A DNA stretch of 20,533 nt. Source: Ginkgo biloba (taxonomy: Eukaryota > Plantae > Ginkgophyta). A program made the position numbers and the translations under genes. The notes beneath the pieces are model-generated. The model did not search any database. It was not told the origin of the DNA and saw nothing but the letters and a program-made list of their open reading frames with translations. How positions within the stretch are numbered: the first letter of the stretch is position 1; each line of letters opens with the position of its first letter. Shown here piece by piece: positions 10,215-20,046 of the stretch. The DNA lies in NCBI GenBank assembly GCA_024626585.2, contig JANKJI020000002.1, forward strand, positions 76,445,232 through 76,465,764, written 5' to 3'.

Positions 10215-10664
10215 ATGATGGTGTTGAATTTGGCAGGTTTTTATTAATGGTATCTCTGATAATGTCGTTGGTTGTTGTGGCAATGGACGAGGAGAGAGAA
10301 GAGGTACTAGACATGGATAGGCATCCATTAAGAGCAAGTGAGGAGTATTACGTTTGGTCTGTGTTAATAGACGTAAGAGGAGGTGGATTGACCTTAAAAA
10401 TGCACAACAATAGCTACCCAATATATGTTGCTTACTATAATTCCCATCGTCTTCTGGTGGTGTTTAATTCATTGTCCTCTGAGAAATAGGGCACGCCAAT
10501 CATAGAAGGTTGCACTGTGTGCTCAGTCCACTACTTGGGAGATCCAGGTCGAATCTAATACTTTTATTGCTGCAATGAGCGAAAAGACTCTAAACGAAAG
10601 TCCTAACTCTAACAGGGAGGTCCCATGGAGGCCGCTAAGCTACTATTTTTTAGAGAATTGAGGT
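10215..10664 (+). pseudogene. Plant Kunitz-type (STI/miraculin-like) protease inhibitor pseudogene, 3' end lost in a gap
   Basis: A signal-peptide-like MMVLNLAGF/LLMVSLIMSLVVVAM has a 1-nt frameshift in the T run near 10240. It is followed by EEVLDMDRHPLRASEEYYV...RGGGLTL...NNSYPIYV...RLLVVF, then after frameshifts CAQSTTW and ...RIE. This follows Kunitz VLDxDGxPLRAGxxYYI...RGGGLTL...CPLxV...GLPVxF...CAQSTVW...FKIE. A premature TAG is at 10487-10489. Confidence 0.85.
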
Positions 10665-11151
10665 NNNNNNNNNNNNNNNNNNNNNNNNNNNNNNNNNNNN
10701 NNNNNNNNNNNNNNNNNNNNNNNNNNNNNNNNNNNNNNNNNNNNNNNNNNNNNNNNNNNNNNNNATGGATCCAATTTCTTAATTAGTAGCCTATAAATTT
10801 TAGTTTTATCAAAAATCATCCTAGAATGGGGTTATATATTTAACATTTTAGTTTAAAATTTGAGTTATATTAGTTAAATATTTATAGTATATAACTTGAA
10901 GTCTAACATAGTGGTTATACGGTAGTCTAGATTATTATAATGTTGATATATTAGTCTGCTTCTTAGATATAATACTATGGTACTCTCCAAGAAGAACATT
11001 TTTTTTGGTGTATTTCCTTTAGAAAATCATAATAAAATAAAAAATGTAATCTTGTTCATGGTTTTGTTTTATTATAGTTAGTGAATTTTCATTCACCTTT
11101 GCACACATAGTGAGTGTATTTTTATTCCGTATGTCTTTTAATAGCATCATC

Positions 11152-11163
11152 CAATATCAAAAT
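11152..11163 (+). other. Possible decayed tRNA-iMet PBS upstream of gag
   Basis: CAATATCAAAAT differs from TGGTATCAGAGC only by transitions, mostly G>A. It follows ...GCATCA and lies about 430 bp upstream of the gag domain on the same contig. Confidence 0.3.
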
Positions 11164-11584
11164 AAGGTTTGTGCCTGATTGGATGAAAGGAAATCTCATA
11201 GTAGAGCTTGAGAACTAATTTTGGGAGAACTCAGAGAGTGAAAGTTGTGAGTTCATCCAAGGAGGAATTAAGCCAAGCTAGAGTGAGTTTAGAAGATATG
11301 GAAAGAAGAGGAGGATTGGCATGTGCAAATAGAAAAAATTAATCTTTGATAAGTCAAATTGGAAAACTAGAATCTTTTCTAAGGAGAATCTAAGAACTAT
11401 ACTTGATGATAACCAAAGAGTAAGACATTTAGTTGAAGAACTAGCAGAAGATAACCTGAGAGGTAGACATAGAGGTTATTGTGTTTCAAAGCCATAAGAA
11501 GTGAAATAAGATAGGTATCATGAACTAGGTGACTAGATGAAAAGATTGGTTGGATCACTAGAAACCAAGAAGGGAACAATGAAT

Positions 11585-12010
11585 ATGGATGTTATAGACT
11601 ATAGAGGTATATTTAAGACATAGGAGATCATTAATGAAATAAATATTGTCAAAATATATTTTAAATAAGAAGAGTTGCCAGAGCCCAAGCAGGTAAAGTT
11701 CACATCCACCAAGTTGAAGGGACATGATGTTATTTGGTGGAAAAAATTATAAAAAGAAAGAGAAAGGAAGGGAAAAGAGAAAATTAGCACTTGGACCAAG
11801 ATTGTTTCTAATATAAAGAGTAAATTTTATCCTATTAATTATGGTCAAACCATGTTCAATCAATTTCATAATTTGAGATAGAGGGAGAAGAGTATTCAAG
11901 AGTACATAGAATAATTATAAAAACTTTCCATAAGGAATGACCATGAGGAGAGAGAAGAGCAAATGATATAAAGGTATGTGAATGGTTTGAACTTTTCCAT
12001 TCAATATTGT
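11585..12010 (+). mobile_element. Ty3/gypsy gag (Retrotrans_gag) pseudo-ORF, CRM-like
   Basis: A single frame reads MDVIDYRGIFKT*EIINEINIVKIYFK*EELPEPKQVKFTSTKLKGHDVIWWKKL*KERERKGKEKISTWTKIVSNIKSKFYPINYGQTMFNQFHNLR*REKSIQEYIE*L*KLSIRNDHEEREEQMI*RYVNGLNFSIQ. It has the typical KLKGHAxxWW, TW, FxPxxY, LxQ...SVxEY and YVNGL motifs, with several stops. The lineage call is inference. Confidence 0.9.
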
Positions 12011-12140
12011 TAAAATCTTTAATATCACAAAATGGATTTCNNNNNNNNNNNNNNNNNNNNNNNNNNNNNNNNNNNNNNNNNNNNNNNNNNNNNNNNNNNN
12101 NNNNNNNNNNNNNNNNNNNNNNNNNNNNNNNNNNNNNNNN

Positions 12141-13030
12141 TATTAATTTAGAGTCAAAAAATATCAAATTTCTATATATCAAAAAATATATATATAAAAA
12201 TTCATTAATTTCATGACAATATTTTTTGCAATTATAATCGTTGCCTCAAATAACTCCAAAACCCTAACTAAAATTATATTGATATTTTTTTCTATGCTAT
12301 AAGCCTAAATTGACTCAAATTTCCCTTGAAATTGTATTCCTAGATTTCTAATTTATGGATATGAAAAAAGAAATCTCTAAATTCTTTCCTGAAATTTTTA
12401 ATTTTTATACAATATCTATGAAATAGCTTGAGAAATTATTGAATTTACTCTATATTGAGCACTTTTTTTCTTAATTGCATATATCTATATGATATTTCAA
12501 AATATAGAAACATTTGGGAAAATTATGCATTATAAAGTGCCAAATTGAATAGAACTTAGTCTCATCTCCCCAAGAACATAAAATGTAGCTCTCATACCAC
12601 TTATAGTAACCCAAACATGTTATATTGTTGATTCTAGGATATTAAAAGTGATTAGAATCTTAAAATAATATCATTATAAAATTTAAATTCTATATTAGAA
12701 ATAAGGTTGGGTTTTCCTTATATATTTAAAATTGTATTCCTTATCCTTAATCCTAACCTATATTTTATTGTGGTAACCCTTTATAAACATGGGCCTACCA
12801 CATGTCTCTTACATAAGTAACATAATTAATCATAATCATAACATAATTAACCATAACCATACATATTAGTTTGGGGAGACAACATGTCATTCCCCCTTAA
12901 TACGCTTTGCCCTTTAATCATAGGCCTCTAAGGCTTAAATGAATTGATGTAGCTATAAGCATTTGATTTAGGAATCATGGATTTTCTATTAGGATCATTA
13001 CATTCCTTCCCTTCTTGAGATTTTTTTCCC
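12141..13030 (-). mobile_element. Ty3/gypsy PPT and start of 3' LTR
   Basis: The minus strand reads ...AATCTCAAGAAGGGAAGGAA then TGTAATGATCC, placing the PPT at 13003-13015 and the LTR start at 13002. The left extent is uncertain and is set at the gap. Confidence 0.5.
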
Positions 13031-13586
13031 TGAAAGCATCGAATTATAGGTGATTATGATGTCTAGTAATCTTTCATTTTTTGTAGTCTTCCTCCATATT
13101 GGATTGCTTTTTAGTCTTACTCTCTTTGTGGGGTCAAATCATAAAACTAGTGATGTTCATGTGTAGTCTCTCCATATAACTTCATGANNNNNNNNNNNNN
13201 NNNNNNNNNNNNNNNNNNNNNNNNNNNNNNNNNNNNNNNNNNNNNNNNNNNNNNNNNNNNNNNNNNNNNNNNNNNNNNNNNNNNNNNCTCCCTTCGTTAT
13301 ACAAAATTGCTTCCACAATACGCATGAGGGTCATGGCCTCATAAACTCCTACCAAGTGGGTGCATCAACTTTTATAGCTACTTTTTTCATAACACATCAC
13401 CGTGCACTTAAGAAATCATTTCACATAGAATTTCCAAGCTCTCTTAAATACTATTACATTTATTTATACATGTAAAAATTGAACCTCGTCCCTACNNNNN
13501 NNNNNNNNNNNNNNNNNNNNNNNNNNNNNNNNNNNNNNNNNNNNNNNNNNNNNNNNNNNNNNNNNNNNNNNNNNNNNNNNNNNNNN

Positions 13587-14210
13587 TTTATTTCAATTGA
13601 GTATGATATTAGTTTTCATTACACATTGCAACCATTTATTAGTCCTACATATAATAATCCTCAATAATAAATATTGGTCGTGGGTCATCAATAAGTCTTA
13701 TCAATTCAAACACATATATGTGCAATGTCTAGAATCCCACTAGTCAGTGGCATACACAATACCATTAATTAAACCTAATAAATATGTAAGAAATTAATCA
13801 TTATTCCTAATTCCCAATCCCTTTGGACTAGACAATAAGCATAATTTATATTTAGATTCATACTTAAGCCCATTTTAGTAACCTTGGGAGATCTTCATTG
13901 AGTCTATCCTTAGTTATTATGAATATAATATGTCTACCACATCTACATAAGCCCATGCTTCCCTATAATTAATGTCCATAATAGAGAGTTCTATTAGACT
14001 CTATAAGCTCCATAAAAAAAAGTGAACAACATCATAAAATATACCATCCCATTCAATTTTCTCCATGATTATTCACTCCCAATGTGCTTATCACCAAAGC
14101 CTCACCTAAATTGCATGGATTTCCATCTTATCCAAAGGACTTTATGTATTACCAGTAATTTATCCACACATAAATCCCAAATAATAATTATTATTCAGAT
14201 ATTTATCAAA
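13587..14210 (-). mobile_element. Non-LTR retrotransposon ORF2 C-terminal remnant (RTE/RTEX-like)
   Basis: Minus-strand motifs occur in order: FD...LLFGIYVW (compare LFDxLVxPVLLYGVEVW), STLGVN (compare LGVK), FFMEL...RTLYY, and IIICRTNKWLQCV (compare IAxLRTxSHxLxCETG). There are many stops and frameshifts. Confidence 0.45.
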
Positions 14211-15148
14211 AAAAATCTGTAGTCTATGTATGTATTATTAATATTCCATCATACAACATCCAAGCCTGTATTCTTGATAGTCAATCACCTCCCTCATGCA
14301 ATGTTGACAGCTCCTTTACACCAAAATCTTACATCATACCATTCTATATTTTGAGGTAGTAAAAATAATTTCCAACCAAATCTCAAAGTTCATATATTAT
14401 GTGCTTTTTTTTCTTCTTGATTCATCCCAACAAACCATATCTAGTATCCATCAAGTCCATCCTTTACCTATATGAGTCTACTATATTCTCACACATTATA
14501 TAATCCATATGTTTAAAAATGTTTCATCAACAATTTCACAATAGAGTATTCCATCATGCTCTATCAATTTATATGACTTCAAACTTTATCAACACAATCA
14601 AAATGAAAAAGTATTTTTTAAGAAATAACGACAACCAACTTATCTTGAAGAGCATCAACTAACTTATCAATGACAAATGATAATCCAAGTCACCTCTTGA
14701 AAATACAATGACCATCTAGTTCGTCAACGTCGACAACTTTTCAATACTACGTCGTTTTAAGGTCATGGCATGTCACACTTTGATTTTCAAATAAGAGCCA
14801 TAAAGTTAGGAGTTGCCCAACTCTTGAGCTCAATAANNNNNNNNNNNNNNNNCAATAATTTCATTTCTAACTACTAAGGTTGGTACCTATCCAACCATTT
14901 AAGCTACTAAATGTGAGCATGGGATATACACGCCTCACATGATTATACTATAAAAATATGGGAATTTCATGTTTGTTATAGATCAAAATCAATTTTAAAT
15001 TATTTTTCTCTTCCCCTTTATATTATGATAGCAACACCGAATTAGATTAATTCAATAAATTATTTATCCGACTAGATACAAATTCAACTATGAGTATTCA
15101 AGTACTAAATCACATTGGCCATATAACACTCTATTGTCCTCATGTTTT

Positions 15149-15594
15149 GAGGGGCAAGCTATTAACACCTAAAATTCCATTAACATAAATTGAGCCAACT
15201 TCACATCAAATTCTATTTATAAATTGTCTAGAATTACTAATTAGTATTTTACCACAAATGATAAGGAGAATTCCTATGGAATCCCATGGTGAGACCCATT
15301 TTCCATTACATGAGAAAAAGAGGAAGCTAATTGGAATATTTGAATATAATTGAAATTTAAAAAAAAAATCCAATTATCTCAAATAAAGGAAACTTCATTT
15401 TTGTTACCAAAAGGAAAAAGTTAGAGTGGGACTAATTCCAACCATAGCAGAGAAGATCAACCTATGTATAAGAGATTAATGGGAAAGAAACTTCTCTCCC
15501 ACTCTATATAATAGCATCTTTTCACAAAAGCAAGAAAGAGAAAAAATTACATAATGGAGAAACTTGTTCGAATTATTGACTCCAATAAAGAAAT
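15149..15594 (+). mobile_element. PPT and 5' part of a Tat/Ogre-like LTR
   Basis: GAGGGGCAAGC is followed by TATTAACACCTAAAATT, interpretable as TGTTGACACCTAAAATT with two G>A changes. A TATATAA box lies at 15505-15511. The LTR is cut by a gap. Confidence 0.5.
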
Positions 15595-16269
15595 NNNNNN
15601 NNNNNNNNNNNNNNNNNNNNNNNNNNNNNNNNNNNNNNNNNNNNNNNNNNNNNNNNNNNNNNNNNNNNCCACGGTAATGAATGAAGGTAGATTATCATAA
15701 CCTAACTCCAATCCTTCCCATATGCCATTTATCCAGATAAATCTTGTTTTGAATGTCTTGAGGCATAGCCTTTAGAAATATATAGAAAAGAACCCTATGG
15801 GAATTAGGCAAACCCCAATCACCTCTAAATTCTTGATAAGAATACCATATGATAATATTTATTTCATAAATGCTAATATGATTCTTTTTTTGTACCATAA
15901 TATCAACTATTNNNNNNNNNNNNNNNNNNNNNNNNNNNNNNNNNNNNNNNNNNNNNNNNNNNNNNNNNNNNNNNNNNNNNNNNNNNNNNNNNNNNNNNNN
16001 NNNNNNNNNNNNNNNNNNNNNNNNNNNNNNNNNNNNNNNNNNNNNNNNNNNNNNNNNNNNNNNNNNNNNNNNNNNNNNNNNNNNNNNNNNNNNNNNNNNN
16101 NNNNNNNNNNNNNNNNNNNNNNNNNNNNNNNNTCTCAGGTCTTAAGGTGCCTCTACTAAGAGCCCCAAAACTTGAGACCCTTTAGGAGACTCTCTATGAC
16201 ATCATCGATATTATATGAGATTTTGGGCACTGTCCTCCACCCTAAAATGAAAAGGCATAAACAATGGGT

Positions 16270-17480
16270 TAGGAAGATAATAGTTCTCGATCCATAAGGT
16301 CCCAACAACTTAAATATGTTTAATCAATTTTTCACATAAAGATAAGGTCAATTGATATGCTTGTGGGTTATATGTATCCTATCTCTATAATGCCCAAGAT
16401 TATCTATTCAATTCTTCAAGCTTAACTTAGGAACCCGAAGGGTGCTTTTATCCAATTGGTCCTTCTAATTACCATACATCTTGATCTCCAAATCCAACTT
16501 GTTCTAATAGGCCTACCTTTCTCTTGGTTCCCCCATATAATCTGCATGCCACTCAATTGTCCTTTCATTATCCATATAGTTGCCTCTCACTTGTAGTTTC
16601 ATAATTGCTTTAGTTTTTCTAAATAGTTTTATCCGTCTTGACCTCCACTCTTCTACCTTAAGGATGGACATCATCCTTCATAGGTGGGCGTCCCCCATTA
16701 GTATACCTAAGTGGAAGTCATCATCTTCTAGTAACAAATATCGTACAACATACATCCTACAATAAATTTTGATCATATACACCTATGATATCCTAAAAGG
16801 CCTTCACTCTTTCCTGAATGTTGGGTAGTAATGGAGTGGAAGTACCTAATGATCTCAATTGCATTACCAAAAATATCTCTCTCCTCATCATAGTATAGGT
16901 ACATGCAGGGCATCTCATTTGTACCATCTAAAATCCAAACTTGATCGCCCTGTCCAATTACACCTAAAAAGGATTCTCATAAACTTTAGACCCTAGCATT
17001 TGGACTACAACATGGATACCATCCATTTTCCCCTTCAACTAGGAAATTTTCCTCAAAAGTTCTCCTTTCCTACTACTAGACCTTGGTGGGTACTTAGAAT
17101 CTTGAATTCTTAATAGCTCTTTAAATAGATCGATATCTTCCACATGTTTCTCCTCATGACTTCAGATGTCTTGAGCTAATTACACCACTTTCTCATGATC
17201 TCTCATCAATTCTTTTTTTTTCCCATGCTTACTGTAACCTTGATTGCTTCAGTTGTATGTATTGTTGTGATGTCTCTCCATCTGCATTTGGGTATTCCTT
17301 AGTCATATCTCCCGCCCAAAACATGTCACTCCATCCTCCTGCACCACGTCCATTACTACTTCTACTGGTGACCTGGTAATAAACCACAACATTTCCTAGT
17401 ACTTGTCATAGCTAGCTTACTCTAGTAAGACCCCACCATTTCCCAGTTGCAGGTGTGGCGTCGAAACTGAAATGCAGTTG
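16270..17480 (-). mobile_element. hAT-superfamily transposase pseudogene (zf-BED, DUF659, hAT dimerisation domain), internally deleted
   Basis: Motifs occur in order across frameshifts. BED-like: FR(R)HTCNWEMVG/GLTRVS*L*QVLGNV (17470-17370). Then KQSRLQ*AWEKK and FKELL..KYPP...GELL. DUF659-like: ILDGTN..PL...F.NAIE, IG..QNLL*, LLEDD..HL....AHL.MM.I.KVEEW...KAIMK. C-terminal: KLDLEIKMY, *IDNLG and S.CE.N* (compare WWxxYG...SSCERNW). Confidence 0.75.
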
Positions 17481-17535
17481 CTACCACAATAAGCTTTCAA
17501 AATGATTGGTGGCTAATATAACTTTGTGTGAGTTC

Positions 17536-17730
17536 GGTTATAAAGAAGCTGGGTTCGTGTCCCCAGGCCACAGGAGACTCGAACCCAGGGACCACAACTG
17601 CACCAGGGATGCAAGTACAGGTGCATCTGGTACCTAGGACGGTCAAGCCGTACCTGACTGTCCATGGGTACTGTCCCCCCATCCCTACTGAAAAGGGCAG
17701 TCGCCCCCAAATTGGGACCCCCCAAAAATT
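17536..17730. mobile_element. GC-rich hairpin cluster, probable DNA-transposon (hAT-like) terminal/subterminal region
   Basis: GC content rises abruptly and CpGs are retained. There are three consecutive imperfect inverted repeats (17549-17588, 17602-17631, 17630-17671) and recurring GTCCCC/GGGAC motifs. The block abuts the hAT transposase N-terminus. Confidence 0.4.
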
Positions 17731-18082
17731 AAAAAAACAATTAAATTTTTGTTTTTAACTATCTTAGTGATCGCCTAGCCTCACTACACAGCCTGGAAAT
17801 GAGTTTAGGTTGAAACCCTAAAAAATACCCTTAAAATAACAAAAAATTCAAAAAACATGTCATTCATTTGAAAAAACAAGAAGCAAGAAAAACACATAGC
17901 TAACTGATATTTTGCAGACAGTAGTTCTTTTTGGCCAATAGAGTAGTGTTTTTGTCAACAGAGAGGTGTTTTTAGGAGAGTTNNNNNNNNNNNNNNNNNN
18001 NNNNNNNNNNNNNNNNNNNNNNNNNNNNNNNNNNNNNNNNNNNNNNNNNNNNNNNNNNNNNNNNNNNNNNNNNNNNNNNNNN

Positions 18083-19200
18083 TGGCCTTTCTCTACCTCT
18101 TTGACCTGAGTCTCACCAACACCTTAGGTGCAAGTGGAATTCCTTACCCTTCTTCCTCTTCTTCATCAGATGATAGTTCGACCACCTCTGGTTCTTCTCG
18201 TTCCTCAAAATCTTCTATCATAGGCTTTTCTTGTCCCTGCTCTACATGTGATCGACTCCTTTTCCGGTGAATGGCTTCTATACTCACCTGCACTTCATGC
18301 GTAGGTGAGGATCTTTGTGTCTCCATTTCTTCTACAATTTTCTTATCTTTCTCTAAAATGACCTACTTTTCCTATACCACTGTCACCTTCACCCTCTCCT
18401 TCTATGTAGGTGAAGATGATTGTGCCAAGGATGTAGTTCTAGGACTCACCTATACTCGAGGTGCAGGTGAAGTCTTCTTCTCTTGGGGTGTAAGTGAAGT
18501 TCTTCTTTGTCTTACATATGAAGTTCTTCTTTATCTTGGAGATGAAGGGGTTTGCATACAAAAATTAATTATCATCTAAATGACCCCCAGATACTTGACC
18601 TCCTTATCTTTTTTCTAATTCCATCGATTCAAATTTGAATCTAATGAATCATACAAGAACTAGGTTACATATACCTCTTCCTCTTCCCCTTTCTTCCTTG
18701 CAATCATGAATTAAAAATTGGCGATAAGCAAATAATAAGGGTGTTCTTCATAAAGAAATGTTTGGTGATAATCATTATCAAATCATTCTAAGGTGAGCAC
18801 AAAACCCATACCAGTACACCCTTTCTTACAATGAAATTTTTTGGAGCTTGGTTATTAAAGAATTCATGAACTAATATAATAAATTATTTTATTTTAAAAC
18901 CTCTCTTTACCCCACACCTTACCTACACCTAAGGCATGGGTAGTCTCTAAAAGAACTTGTTTATTCACCATAATTTCTTTTCCCTATACTCTTGTCATCC
19001 CCTTTGCATAATTTTGCGTAAACTCATTGATCTACATAATATTATAAGCAAAGGATTGATAGCAAAATTCATACATATGGCTTACTTTCAACAATTCCTC
19101 CAAATCTGTGCTTTTATCAATCAAGCTTCTCATGTCCTGCTCTATGAATACCTTGAGTTACTATGGGACTGGAATCAATTTTGAAGGTTGCTCTTCCTTA
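18083..19200 (-). mobile_element. Decayed accessory ORF of the type carried by some plant LTR retrotransposons
   Basis: A long minus frame reads LEELLKVSHMYEFC...INEFTQNYAKGMTRV*GKEIMVNKQVLLETTHALGVGKVWGK...VYVT*FLYDSL. A Ser/Pro/Arg-rich part with 24-27-bp repeats follows (18467-18545), then an acidic tail VVELSSDEEEEEG. The family is recognised by pattern only. Confidence 0.45.
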
Positions 19201-19839
19201 ATGACTATAGTTCCATATTTTTTCTCTAAAGTAAGTGATTTTTTGTCTGTTTTGTCCAACCAACTTCACCGTCCATCTTCCAAGTGTTCTTTCCTCTCTA
19301 TGATGCATTGTGTCCTTCCTATCAACCTCCTGGTTCACTTCAAATGCTCTCCTATTTATCTACTCATACAATTATTTGTCTCTTTTAAATTTCACTGTGC
19401 AACTTCAACCATAATTATTTTATCTAGTTTAAACTATTATTCCTCNNNNNNNCCCCCCTCACTAAATCCTATCAACTTTGATGACAGGACCCGCCTACAT
19501 TTAATGTAAGGGGCATTCAAAATAGATGGGTGCAATAATAGAGAATAGTAGAGGGTGAAGTTTCAATGATGATAGAGAGTACATAAGAGGCCTTTTTATT
19601 GATTCGACCTCTACCATATCAGTACATGACAACAGAGAAGGTACTCTCATCATATTTGTAAGGCATCAATCATTTTAGGATTTAAATGGCTAATCATATG
19701 TGTGCATGCAGTGGTCTTTCATAAAAAAATGTTGGTGGGACCAACAACTTAAATGATGTGGAACTTTCAATGTGTCTTCATAATAGTGTAAGGATGGTAT
19801 CTTTCTCGTTAGAATATTCCATTTAGAATCAATGTGTAA

Positions 19840-20046
19840 GTGACTTGCAAAGTATAAGCGTAGGTGAGAAACAACTATATAAGTTTAAGTGACATGTGAA
19901 AGTATAAATGTAGATGAGATGCAATTGTACAAGTGTAGGTAAGCTACAACCATATAGGTGTAGGTGACATGCAAAAGTATAAATATAGGTGAGATGCGAT
20001 CCTATAAGTGTATGTGAGATGCAATCATACAAGTGTAGGTGAGATA
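19840..20046 (+). repeat. 25-bp minisatellite, 8 full units plus a partial
   Basis: Units start at 19840, 19864, 19889, 19914, 19939, 19964, 19989, 20014 and 20039. The consensus is approximately GTGAGATGCAAnnRTATAAGTGTAG. Confidence 0.9.

Larger units (their letters stand above)
2572..18082. other. Series of fixed-length 100-N scaffolding gaps
   Basis: Exactly 100 N occur at 2572-2671, 4346-4445, 6431-6530, 7803-7902, 9016-9115, 10665-10764, 12041-12140, 13188-13287 and 17983-18082. The sequence class usually changes across them. Confidence 0.95.

Noticed and set aside
12258-12268. Telomere-like AAACCCTAA (also at about 17813)
   Set aside because: These are single copies only. The telo-box-like motif is common in plant LTRs and transposon ends and does not indicate an interstitial telomere array.
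3835-16159. ORFs containing X runs (for example 3835-4056, 4336-4548, 4717-4962, 11856-12182, 15797-16159)
   Set aside because: Their length comes from reading through N gaps.
17560-17610. tRNA gene or tRNA-derived SINE (minus strand TGGTGCAGTTG and GGTTCGAGTC, A-box and B-box like)
   Set aside because: The two boxes are only about 10 nt apart, too close for a Pol III type 2 promoter. No cloverleaf or tail is evident, and the B-box-like sequence is one arm of an inverted repeat.
17497-17758. Three overlapping ORFs in the GC island
   Set aside because: They are expected from stop-codon scarcity in GC-rich sequence and show no recognisable protein motifs.
18271-19509. Plus-strand ORFs 18271-18579, 18957-19184 and 19108-19509
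   Set aside because: They are antisense shadows of the decayed minus-strand ORF, with Ser/Phe/Leu-rich composition typical of such shadows.
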